A stretch of DNA of 64,000 bases from Thermoplasmatota archaeon (GCA_029762535.1 JARVGK010000010.1:19892-83891), one strand, 5' to 3'. Numbered from the stretch's first letter, positions 38,456-47,932 are shown. Numbers and translations: made by a program. The notes: generated by a model not told the origin, from the sequence alone.

Positions 38456-38539
38456 GTCATATCACCCGGGAACCATGTAATGAAAAGGTCGTATAACATA
38501 CTTGGCATGGACCCATTTGCCGGCTTGTAAAACATCGCC

Positions 38540-39420
38540 TCGGCCCTCCCGGAAAAGGCCGAAAAATCAATAGGAATAAATATGCGAACCCCCGCATTTC
38601 CGATGGAGACGCCGTCCTCCCAAGTGCCCTTCGCGCTCGGATAGGACCCTGGACTTGGACCAACCCTTCCTCATACTGGCTGCGGTGTATGATGCGGCGA
38701 TCCCCCTGATATGGAACATGGTTTCCATTTCCATTGGAACATCCGAAGAACCGTTATATAGCACCGGTTCCTCTACCATCTTTGCCTGGGACGGGTGAAC
38801 TCCAACGGTCCACGTTGTCCGGATCGGAGCGACCCAACCCAACGCTATCAGGCACCCATCCGACCGGATCCCTTGGGGTCCAAACCGATGGGATGCGAAG
38901 CATACCAAAGACCTGGGCTTCTGTCCTTGTCCAAGGTGATGCGAGGAAGTGCAGGGCCCCTTCGAAGCGCCCGCAAAATGATGCCTTCGGGCAACCTGAT
39001 GCGAAGCCCTTCGATACCTTCCCTCCGGGGAAGGAGGCGCTGCCGCAGAGGCATGATCCCTCCGGGATCATTTCCCCCCCTGGGAAATGGTCACCACCGG
39101 AGATCCTCCCCGCAAGGGACGGATCACGGGATCCAAAGCGACCCAAAAGGAAGGAAACCTCGGTTTCCCGGACCTGGATCGAAAAGAAATGCAGGAAAGG
39201 TCGGCCCCGCCGATCCTCCTCTCTCCAACGATCCATCTTCGCGGGCCTTAAAAACCCGAACCCTATGGAAAGCTCGGATCCCTACGGGTGAAATACCTCA
39301 TCCCGCATTCGCTTTCGCTTCCAGACCCCGTCTGGAACGCCTGGGGCTGTTCACACGGCCCGGAGCGTAGGGAGACCAGGCCGTTGGGGGAGGCGTCCTC
39401 GGACCCTCCCCCAACGTCAT
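38540..39420 (-). ncRNA. Candidate large structured non-coding RNA, class unknown
   Basis: More than a dozen stems, a long-range helix 38586-38604/39178-39202 and a possible pseudoknot. Most non-Watson-Crick pairs read as G-U on the minus strand. No credible ORF. Confidence 0.55.
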
Positions 39421-39474
39421 TTTTGGACGTTTTTCCTTGAACATCTATTAATATATAATCATGATACATGCCCG

Positions 39475-40644
39475 GTGATCTCGACGTTCTCCAAGAGGAT
39501 CCGGGAGCTCGCTCCCTCCGGTACCGTGATGCTTGCGAACAGGATTAAGAAGCTCAAATCCAAGGGAGTGGACATAATCTCCTTTAACCTGGGCGAGCCG
39601 GATTTCGACACGCCACCCAAAGTGGTGGAGGCCGCGAAGCATGCTCTGGACCGCGGCGATACACATTACACGCCCTCCCTCGGGACAAACGAGCTGAGGT
39701 CCGCGGTGGCGGACCATGTATGGAACAAGAACGGGATCCCGGCAAAAGTTGACAATGTCATGATAATGCCGGCCAAGTTCGCCCTTTACGCGGCACTGCA
39801 GGCGCTTGTGGACGTCGGTGACGAGGTCATATACCCCGACCCTGGTTGGGTATCGTACGGCCCCATGGTGCAGCTGGCGGGAGGCGTCTGCCGTCCGGTC
39901 AGAATGATAAACGACGGATATTGGCACTGGAGGCCAAAGGACATCGAGGACGCCATAAACGACCGGACCAGGGCCATCATCATCAACACGCCCTCGAACC
40001 CAACGGGCAGTGTGATGTCCTTGAAGGACCTGGAGCAGATAGCGGCCATCGCCAAGGACCACGACCTCTACGTCATATCCGATGAGATATACGAGGACCT
40101 GATCTACGATGGCAAGCACTGCTCCATCGCATCTCTGTTCGGTATGGCCGATCGGACCCTCACCGTATCGGGTCTTTCGAAAAGCTATGCCATGACGGGT
40201 TGGAGGTTGGGGTGGCTCATCGCCGACAGGGAGATCATAAAGATGGTGAACAAACTGCAGCAGCATTCCCTCACTTGCCTTCCCGGATTCATCCAGCAGG
40301 CGGCGGTGACCGCCCTTTCGGAGAGCGAGAGCGTGGAGGCCATGCGAAAGGAGTTCATGGAGAGGAGGGACATGCTCGTGCCGCTCATCAACTCGATACC
40401 CGGCCTCTCATGCGAGACCCCCCAGGGCGCCTTCTACGCCTTCTTCAAGGCGGACCTCGGATACGATTCCATGACGCTCTCCGAGATGCTGATAGACAGG
40501 GCCAACGTCGCCCTTACGCCCGGATCCGCCTTCGGAGAGGGAGGGGAGGGTTACCTGCGCATGTCCTATGCCGCCAGCCGCGAGGACATAGCGGAGGGAA
40601 TGAGGCGTATCAAGGAGGTCGCTGAAGGTATAATGTCCGCTTGA
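39475..40644 (+). CDS. PLP-dependent class I/II aminotransferase (aspartate aminotransferase-like)
   Basis: GEPDFDTP, NTPSNPTG, SDEIY, SKSYAMTGWRLG, PGSAFG, LRMSYA. Confidence 0.93.
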   Translation: MISTFSKRIRELAPSGTVMLANRIKKLKSKGVDIISFNLGEPDFDTPPKVVEAAKHALDRGDTHYTPSLGTNELRSAVADHVWNKNGIPAKVDNVMIMPAKFALYAALQALVDVGDEVIYPDPGWVSYGPMVQLAGGVCRPVRMINDGYWHWRPKDIEDAINDRTRAIIINTPSNPTGSVMSLKDLEQIAAIAKDHDLYVISDEIYEDLIYDGKHCSIASLFGMADRTLTVSGLSKSYAMTGWRLGWLIADREIIKMVNKLQQHSLTCLPGFIQQAAVTALSESESVEAMRKEFMERRDMLVPLINSIPGLSCETPQGAFYAFFKADLGYDSMTLSEMLIDRANVALTPGSAFGEGGEGYLRMSYAASREDIAEGMRRIKEVAEGIMSA

Positions 40645-40646
40645 CC

Positions 40647-43600
40647 TCAATCGATCTCGTATGCCTCGACCGAAGCCCGATCCGCTGTATCCCTCTCCCT
40701 CCTCCTGATGATGAAGAAGGCGGCGGAAGCGGCGGATGCTAATAAAAGGACCCCTGCCAGGACGAATATCCAAACCCGGCACTGTACCGAGAACGTCACG
40801 GATGCGGTTTCACGGTTCCCGGCGGCATCCCTCGCCTCCACCGTGAGATAATGCTTTCCTGTCCCTGCCTCGATCGTCCTTTCGGTCGCCGGCGACCAGT
40901 CGGAGAGGACACGTCCACCTTCGACCACCCTGTATTCCACGGGGAAAGCGTCATCGGTCCCGGCCATTGAGAGTATTAAGACGTTTCGCCCGACGCGGGA
41001 CGTCTTCACCTCGAGTCGGGGCGCTAACACATCGTAGCGTATCTCCGAAAGACCTACCTCGCCCGCGTTCCCGGCCAGGTCCACAGCGAAATAGTTCAAT
41101 AGGTATATTCCCTCCTCCCCTGGCATCGGGACGCTGCCTTCATAACGAACGGGATCCCCTCCGAAGTAGTAGAACAGTTCCACGTCCTCATCCGAGGACA
41201 AGGAAATGACTGGTGCGGTCCTGAATATGCCGTTGGTCATATCCCCTGAAAGCTCCATTATAGCAATCGGGGGGTTCGTATCGACCTTGAGGGTGCGCCG
41301 GAACATCGGGCTTTGCCAACCCGCCGGATCGACGGCGTAGGCCTCCAGCTCGTGCTCGCCCTCATCGATACGTATGGAGGAGAAATATCCGGTCCAGGGG
41401 CCCTGATCGATGCGGTACCGGACCTCGGAGGCGATGTTGTCGTAAGCCTTCATCTCGACTCTCGGGGAGGTGACGTGTATCCCGTTCCTGCCGTCCGGTT
41501 CGTCCGGATGGACGAATGCCTCCAGAACTGGCGGGGATGCGTCCACGAGAACGGGATAGGTGTGGACCAATCCGATGTTCCCTGCAGCGTCGAAAGCCCT
41601 GTATTGCAGCGTGTGGGAGCCTTCCGGCAGCCTTATGGGCGCAGAATACGGCTCGAAATCCGATCTCGGATCTAGCCTGAACTGAACTGAAGCCCCATCC
41701 TCCGAGCTCTCGAGGACCAGCAGGGGCCTCGTCCTGTACCAGCTGTCGAGGCCGTCCGGTGAGACGGGGGACAGCAGATGCGATGCCTCGGGCGGCGTGG
41801 AATCGATCAGGAAGGAGGTCTCGGTGACGTTCGATGACCTCCCCGAACCATCGACAGCATAAACCCTCAGGACATGGGACCCATCCGGTACGTAGAACGG
41901 ACCGTCATATTCTCGGTAAGGCCCCCCGTCAAGGGAGTGTAACGCCGCCACGGGCGCCCCCTCGTCATAAACCGGAGTTATCGTTATCATGGGCTCGGAG
42001 ATATAATGTCCTCCCTTACCGTCCGGGGTCTCGGGGCTTGTATACATCTCGAAGGCGGGATCCTTCAGATCAATCCTTATCGTGTGATGGCGCTCCTGTT
42101 CCAGGTTCTTAGCTATGTCCTCCGCGAAGTAGTGCACCTGGAACTCACCCTCCTCCTCCAGAGTGAACGTGAAATCGTTCGTCTCGTTGAGCTCTATCGT
42201 CGTTCCAGCGCCTATCCTGGCATGGACCACCCCCTTCTCGTCGGGGGCGATCCTGACCGAGACAGGGGAATGGAACCATCCGTTCTCCCCTTCCGGTTCA
42301 GAGGGATCGGTCGTAAGGAACGATGTGGGAGGGATCGTGTCCGCCACTCTGAATGCCGTGACAACTGGCCTGTGATCGTGCTTGCGTGCGCTCACGTTGA
42401 TCTCGCAGAACCAGCGGATGGACAGGTCGAACGCCGCCTCCCCGAACTGATCGGTCACTCCGTTCGCGAATACCCCCATCTGGAAGTTCTCCAGCGTCAC
42501 GTTCACGCCTGGTACGGGAAGGTTATCCCGGTCCCTGACCTCTACTATGACGTGAGGGTCCAGGTCGTTCTCGTGCCTGATCTCGACATCGAACGAATTT
42601 ACCGGCCCGGTCCATAGCTCGAGTGCGGTCTCACCGAGCATGTTGTACTCGAGCCAGCACATCGACACCTCTGAGTTGCCGCTGTTCTTGAACTGTCCCC
42701 CCCAGACCTCGGCGTAATGACCCTTGGCGTCCTTGAACGCCCTGCCCATAACGTACTCGCCAAGGCTTCCGACCTGCCTCGCGAGATCCTCCTGCAGCCC
42801 GTTGACGTAGGGAAGATACCTGTTCATACCTATGATGCCCACCGAGGTCCTCGATGACCCGGCGTAACCCGCGGCCCCTCCGCGGACGTTCTCTGTAAAG
42901 GATTCACCTATGCATTCCCCGAACCACTGGTCGCTGCCGGAGCTGTCGTCGAACCAGGTCGTCAGACATGCCAATGTGGAGACCAGGGGCATCATCGCAT
43001 CGTTCTCGAGCTTCGAGGCGTCACGGTCCCTGTATATCACTCCAGAACCGTAATTGTCGCACCAGACCGTCGGTCCACCGTGGTCGATGAACTGCACGAA
43101 ACCCGCCCCGGGAGCGAGCGCTGAGTCCACTGCATTGATGGTGAGGTCCATATCGCTCTCGTATAGCTCGACCTTGTCGCCGTAGTGCCCTGATAGATGT
43201 TTGTTCCAGAGGTATTCGGAATGTGCGGGCCCGTCACCCTCGCTGTGGGTGTGTGCCGCGATGAGTACGGCCCTATCGGACCATGCCAGATCGCCAGGCC
43301 CCATCTCGTACTCGATGATCTGCTCCACCTTGGCCTCCCATACTGATCCCTCGTTGATCGCGAGCCTGGACACGGATATGTCCGGGACTATGTCCTCGAG
43401 ATCGCCGATCTCCGCGAATATCCCGTCCCCGTCCAGGTCCCAGGTCCCGTCCAGGCATGCAAAGTAGAAGTCCGCCGGAAGGTATCCGTCGTCCCAACCC
43501 GGATAAGGGTTGGCATCCTGGACCCTCTTTGTCGGGACGATGTCCCAGTCCCCGGCCAGAAGGACGTGCTCCAGCACCCCCCATCCGTAGTGAACGTCGC

Positions 43601-44465
43601 GAAGGTATTCCCTTATCGCGTCGGCGGGATCCTCTCGTCCGGGATACGCTACAAGTATGTCCTCGACGGCTATTATCGAGGTCGGCAGGCCCCTGCCGCT
43701 CCTCCACCGGGCGAGAGGCTCGAGGGAACCTCTCAGGTACTCGCCGGTGACTATGATGTATGACGGAGGGACCTCCATATATGGGGTGACGGAAACGGTC
43801 CCGGGGACCCCCTCCGGGGACCCGGAGGACCGGGCCGGGATCGGGTCCTCTTCCCAGTCGATGTGTACCTCTGTCGTTGGGTGCGCCGTCGCCTCGCCGG
43901 ACGAAGAAAGTGTCATCGGGCATATCCAGAGGGAATAGACGCTGAGGAGACGCCCCCCTTTCAATCGGTGACCGATATGGGAGAGGCGCAGCGGATCCGC
44001 GGGATAGGTTCCACTGCCTCTCCACGGTAGAATGGGATCCGCCTCCTCGTAGGGGGAGACGGCCCTGATCATTCCCATCACCGGGCGATCGAGCATCACT
44101 GTCCTGCCCGGGCCCCTTTCGAGCCTGATCGATCGTATGTGTCCCGGCACAGTGATGACCGTTGCGATCCAGTCCATCATGGGCGAACCTTCCTCAGGGT
44201 CCCTCACTATGATGTGATCGTCCCCGGTCAAGAGGCCTACGGATATGTCGTTCCCCAATAGTTCCAGATCGGCCCGTACGACGTTCGTTCCATCGAACGA
44301 CACCCGAACGGCGATGGTCGATGATGATAGCTCCTCGTTCTCCCCTTCTCCGGGCAGGGGCACGAGAAGGAGCAAGAGTATGACGGCCAAGTATCGCCAT
44401 GAATTGGGCATCTGACCGGGTATGAGGACATTCATTATTAATCTTGAGCGGTCATATGTCCGCAT
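40647..44465 (-). CDS. C25 (gingipain-like) cysteine peptidase with Ig-like repeats and C-terminal anchor
   Basis: VLLAGD, ADFYFACLDG, DHG and LAC catalytic dyad candidates, YNMLGE, repeated PDG.NGWY/D.TPP units, then TM and RRR. Confidence 0.88.
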   Translation of the reverse strand: MRTYDRSRLIMNVLIPGQMPNSWRYLAVILLLLLVPLPGEGENEELSSSTIAVRVSFDGTNVVRADLELLGNDISVGLLTGDDHIIVRDPEEGSPMMDWIATVITVPGHIRSIRLERGPGRTVMLDRPVMGMIRAVSPYEEADPILPWRGSGTYPADPLRLSHIGHRLKGGRLLSVYSLWICPMTLSSSGEATAHPTTEVHIDWEEDPIPARSSGSPEGVPGTVSVTPYMEVPPSYIIVTGEYLRGSLEPLARWRSGRGLPTSIIAVEDILVAYPGREDPADAIREYLRDVHYGWGVLEHVLLAGDWDIVPTKRVQDANPYPGWDDGYLPADFYFACLDGTWDLDGDGIFAEIGDLEDIVPDISVSRLAINEGSVWEAKVEQIIEYEMGPGDLAWSDRAVLIAAHTHSEGDGPAHSEYLWNKHLSGHYGDKVELYESDMDLTINAVDSALAPGAGFVQFIDHGGPTVWCDNYGSGVIYRDRDASKLENDAMMPLVSTLACLTTWFDDSSGSDQWFGECIGESFTENVRGGAAGYAGSSRTSVGIIGMNRYLPYVNGLQEDLARQVGSLGEYVMGRAFKDAKGHYAEVWGGQFKNSGNSEVSMCWLEYNMLGETALELWTGPVNSFDVEIRHENDLDPHVIVEVRDRDNLPVPGVNVTLENFQMGVFANGVTDQFGEAAFDLSIRWFCEINVSARKHDHRPVVTAFRVADTIPPTSFLTTDPSEPEGENGWFHSPVSVRIAPDEKGVVHARIGAGTTIELNETNDFTFTLEEEGEFQVHYFAEDIAKNLEQERHHTIRIDLKDPAFEMYTSPETPDGKGGHYISEPMITITPVYDEGAPVAALHSLDGGPYREYDGPFYVPDGSHVLRVYAVDGSGRSSNVTETSFLIDSTPPEASHLLSPVSPDGLDSWYRTRPLLVLESSEDGASVQFRLDPRSDFEPYSAPIRLPEGSHTLQYRAFDAAGNIGLVHTYPVLVDASPPVLEAFVHPDEPDGRNGIHVTSPRVEMKAYDNIASEVRYRIDQGPWTGYFSSIRIDEGEHELEAYAVDPAGWQSPMFRRTLKVDTNPPIAIMELSGDMTNGIFRTAPVISLSSDEDVELFYYFGGDPVRYEGSVPMPGEEGIYLLNYFAVDLAGNAGEVGLSEIRYDVLAPRLEVKTSRVGRNVLILSMAGTDDAFPVEYRVVEGGRVLSDWSPATERTIEAGTGKHYLTVEARDAAGNRETASVTFSVQCRVWIFVLAGVLLLASAASAAFFIIRRRERDTADRASVEAYEID

Positions 44466-44468
44466 ATC

Positions 44469-46418
44469 TCACGGCATATGGGGATCCTGCATCGCGAACG
44501 ATTCGGCCGGGCACGGTCCGAGGCACGATCCGCAATGACGGCATTTCGCTCTATCGAGCCTGACGCGCCCATCACCGTCAATGGACAGCGCCCCGTGCGG
44601 ACATCTTCCCACGCACACCCCGCACCCGACGCATCCCTGCGCCCTCATCGCAATGGAGACGACGTTCCTGGACATCCTCCTGAGCTCTGGCTCGTCCCTG
44701 CCCCTGACGATCAGCGCCCCGTCCCTGAAGGCCTCGAGGGCGCTTTTTCTCCATTCCCATCCATCGGGAAAGACATCGACGCCGGACCCGTCATTGATCT
44801 TGATCGTTTCCCCCAGAACGTTTAGGAGCTCCTCGAAGGCCTCCCAAGGGACGTTAGTGGAGATGGTGCCCTCCCTGGAGGATCCGGAGTCGCATGTGTT
44901 GTGCCCGTCCACCAGCGAAACGGAGGCACTCCCGATGCGCCCTCGGCCGAACTCGATCCCCAGGGCCTGTTCGAGGTCTATCATGTACTGCGGAAGCCGC
45001 TTGAAACGGTGGAAACCGTATTTGGACCATTCGACGGGGTATCCGCTTTGGACCCTGTGCTCCTCAAGGAAGGAACTCCAATCCGAGATATCCAGCTCCG
45101 TCCCCTCCATCAGGTCCCTCTCGTGGAGGTCGGTGGATGGGCAGAGGTAGCATCCTATCCTCGCGAACCCTTTGCCGTAGAGCGGATTGTACGGAACGCT
45201 GCTTCTGAAAATGTAGAGCCAAACGTCAAGGGCGGTCCAATCCTGGATCGGGGACGCGCCCACCTGACCCGGCACCCACGGGTTCTTCCAGACCGCGCCC
45301 TTCCTCTCCCGTATGTCTGACTCGTACCTCCTCTGGCCGATGAATGTCAGCACGCCTTCGGGGAACATACCGCTTATGAGACGGGTCATCGGCCCCAGTT
45401 TGCATGTCTTGCAGCACCATCTGAAATCCCTGCCGGGCGGCCCGAACCTGCGCGCGTCCTCGAAGAAGGACGATGTCGGACGGGCCGTATGCAGTTCGAG
45501 GTCCATCTCCCGGGCGAGATCGGTCACGTAGGCCAGCGTCTCCGGGAACTCGATCCCGGTATCAACGAAGAGCACCGGGGGTCGGATCCCCGCGGCATGG
45601 ACCAAAAGGAGCGTGGCGAGGGAGTCCTTGCCCCCCGAGAAGGAGACCGCCGTCGGCAGCCCATGACCCTCGTCCACTTCCTTTATGAAATCCACAGCGG
45701 ATGCCTCCAGTGACGATATCGTATCCTCGTTCATTGTGACGGTCCTTTCCCAGGCCTCGGTCCATGAGGCCTGAGGGACATCGGGTGCGCTGTCCTCCAG
45801 AGAGCACCATCTTACCTTGACCCCCATCCCTTTGGTCCCCACCATCTCCTGAGTGCTCTTCCTGGACAGGCCCGCACCTACTATTCCGTCCTCCTCCGTC
45901 GTGACGATGATCTCGTCCCCGGGCCGTATGCCATCGCTTGCGCTTAAGATCCCCGGGGATAGGAGGCTCGCTCCTTCCAGCAGGAAGGGGAGCGCGCTCC
46001 TGTCGGATACGACGAAACCTCTGCTCGGGAGAAAACCGGCCCTCCTGAGACGGGATCCTCCTTCTTTCTTGAGAATGAGCACGTCCTTGAGGTCCTCCAG
46101 CCGGAACGCGGCGGAGGCAACGGGCCTGCCCCCTACGATGATCTCGTCCATTCTATCAGGGGACGGCGCCGGATTGACGAGATGCGGGCCCCCGGAGGGG
46201 ACCAAGGCCTCTCCTGCGCCTTCCCCCCACTGGGCATCGGCCATTCTACGGACCCCCTCCACATCGTGCGGGAAGGCGGGGCGCATGTCCCCCGGAGGTG
46301 TATGCTCTATCCTCCTTGCTCCGGACCCGCATTCGGGGCATATGGATATCCTGATGAGAGGTACGGAGCAGGTATCGCACCAGAATATGTTCACCCGGCC
46401 GTGCCTCACTATCGCCAT
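44469..46418 (-). CDS. PAPS-reductase-family protein with N-terminal Zn finger, PUA domain and C-terminal 2x[4Fe-4S] domain
   Basis: WCDTCSVP..CPECG; PUA-like LLSPGI...IRPGDEI; SFSGGKDS, RWCCKTCK, RIGCYLCP; CVGCGVCVGRCP and CRHCGSCLGPCP. Confidence 0.88.
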   Translation of the reverse strand: MAIVRHGRVNIFWCDTCSVPLIRISICPECGSGARRIEHTPPGDMRPAFPHDVEGVRRMADAQWGEGAGEALVPSGGPHLVNPAPSPDRMDEIIVGGRPVASAAFRLEDLKDVLILKKEGGSRLRRAGFLPSRGFVVSDRSALPFLLEGASLLSPGILSASDGIRPGDEIIVTTEEDGIVGAGLSRKSTQEMVGTKGMGVKVRWCSLEDSAPDVPQASWTEAWERTVTMNEDTISSLEASAVDFIKEVDEGHGLPTAVSFSGGKDSLATLLLVHAAGIRPPVLFVDTGIEFPETLAYVTDLAREMDLELHTARPTSSFFEDARRFGPPGRDFRWCCKTCKLGPMTRLISGMFPEGVLTFIGQRRYESDIRERKGAVWKNPWVPGQVGASPIQDWTALDVWLYIFRSSVPYNPLYGKGFARIGCYLCPSTDLHERDLMEGTELDISDWSSFLEEHRVQSGYPVEWSKYGFHRFKRLPQYMIDLEQALGIEFGRGRIGSASVSLVDGHNTCDSGSSREGTISTNVPWEAFEELLNVLGETIKINDGSGVDVFPDGWEWRKSALEAFRDGALIVRGRDEPELRRMSRNVVSIAMRAQGCVGCGVCVGRCPHGALSIDGDGRVRLDRAKCRHCGSCLGPCPAESFAMQDPHMP

Positions 46419-46498
46419 AGGGGCGGGTGACCCTTCCCTGACGATATATTGCTTGCGGTGGATACGGTTATATCGTATGTTTTCGATGCGGCCGAGTA

Positions 46499-47848
46499 GT
46501 GAAGGACTTGAGAACGCTCGATCTGTTCGTCCCGTACGAGTTCAGGGACCCGGTCACAAGGAGGTGGCTGGCCTCCCCGGGAACCCTCCTGCTCCTGATG
46601 GCGTGCGCGGCTGTCATCGTTATATGGGTGCTTCAAAAGCCCGCATCGCTCTCCGATCCCTGGAGGGCTCTGGCCAAGTTCAGCGCGTTCAACGCGATAT
46701 CGCTTTTATCACTCAACTTCGTGCTGTCGGTGAGGGCGCGATGGATGGAGAGGCTCTTCAACGGAATGGACAGACAGTATATAGTCCACCGCCTGACCGG
46801 AAGGGCGGCGGTGCTGTTCATGCTGCTTCACCCTATCTTCCTGCTCGCCCACAATTCCTTCTCCCTGGAAGCGCTCAGGACCTACCTCGTTCCGGGAGTC
46901 GATTGGCCGGTATCTCTGGGCACTTTGTCCTTCGTCATCGTATGCGTGCTGATCGCATTGACGATGATGTTCAGGATCCCTTATCACATCTGGTTCATCA
47001 CCCACAGGTTCATGATTTTCGTCCTCGTCCTATCCTTCGTCCATGCCGTGCTTTCCGGATCCGACGTCGGAGCGTACCCCGTTATGATGGGAGCACTATC
47101 CATCCTCTTCGCCATGGGAGTGACCTCCGACCTGTACATGGCCTTTTTTTACAGACCTCTGAACTCGCGAAAGGTCAAGGTGCTGAGAAAAAGCTCGTTC
47201 TCGGACATACTGGAGCTGAAGCTTATGAGGCCTCACGGGTTCAACATGGAGCCGGGACAGTTCATTTTCGTCCAGTTCCCGAAAGTGGCGAGATGCGAGT
47301 TCTTTCCCTTCTCGATATCCTCCGACCAGTACGAGGACCACATACGCATCTCGATCAAGGCGGCCGGGGATACGACTTCCAGGCTCAAGGACGCTGTGAG
47401 AAAAGATGACGTTTTGAGGATATTGGGCCCCTACGGCATGTTCGGAAAGAATTACATGTCCCACGACAGGGACATGATATGGGTGGCGGGAGGGATCGGC
47501 ATCACCCCCTTTTTGTCCATGGCGATGAACGAGTCGATACATCCCACTGGAAGGAGGATAGACCTGATCTACGCGATGAGGGGCATGGACGATGCACATT
47601 ACGATCGCGAATTGCACAGGGAATCATCCATAAATCGGCTTTTCAATTACATGCATTGGCTTTCGATGGAGCGTGGAAGGATATCGGCCGAAGGTATCGT
47701 AAGGGAGATCGAAGGGGACGTTCGCGACAGGGTCGTTATGATCTGCGGTCCGCCGGCGATGATGGAGGCGCTCTCCAGCCAGTTCAGGAAGCTCGGTGTC
47801 CCCACTCGCAACATCATATACGAGGACTTCAATCTGCTGGGGCACTGA
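46499..47848 (+). CDS. Ferric-reductase-like transmembrane oxidoreductase with FAD/NAD-binding domain
   Basis: TM His residues (HR..G, LHP, THR, VH), PGQF, PFSISS, GPYG, AGGIGITPF, CGP, YEDF. Confidence 0.88.
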   Translation: MKDLRTLDLFVPYEFRDPVTRRWLASPGTLLLLMACAAVIVIWVLQKPASLSDPWRALAKFSAFNAISLLSLNFVLSVRARWMERLFNGMDRQYIVHRLTGRAAVLFMLLHPIFLLAHNSFSLEALRTYLVPGVDWPVSLGTLSFVIVCVLIALTMMFRIPYHIWFITHRFMIFVLVLSFVHAVLSGSDVGAYPVMMGALSILFAMGVTSDLYMAFFYRPLNSRKVKVLRKSSFSDILELKLMRPHGFNMEPGQFIFVQFPKVARCEFFPFSISSDQYEDHIRISIKAAGDTTSRLKDAVRKDDVLRILGPYGMFGKNYMSHDRDMIWVAGGIGITPFLSMAMNESIHPTGRRIDLIYAMRGMDDAHYDRELHRESSINRLFNYMHWLSMERGRISAEGIVREIEGDVRDRVVMICGPPAMMEALSSQFRKLGVPTRNIIYEDFNLLGH

Positions 47849-47932
47849 TCGGGCGGACCGATGCGAATACCGGTGATAACTATACATACTAGTTCCGATT
47901 AGCTCAGCCCAATAACGATCGGAGCAAGTATA

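Noticed and set aside
38745-38773. Group II intron domain V-like hairpin (GAACCG...ACGGUUC on minus)
   Set aside because: It is too short for a domain V, and there is no domain VI or GUGYG 5' end and no RT/maturase ORF.
38734-39370. ORFs of 160-191 aa overlapping the structured region
   Set aside because: They are Pro/Arg/Ser/Gly-rich with no domain motifs or clear RBS, typical of chance ORFs in GC-rich DNA.
38540-39420. RNase P RNA or SRP RNA identity for the structured region
   Set aside because: Only partial look-alikes are present on minus (GAGGAUCUCC, ACAGAAGCCC), and they do not form P4. I found no SRP helix-8 motif. A covariance-model search is still needed to exclude a divergent form.
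47890-47925. tRNA gene suggested by TAGCTCAG
   Set aside because: No anticodon arm or T-arm (GTTCRA) follows.
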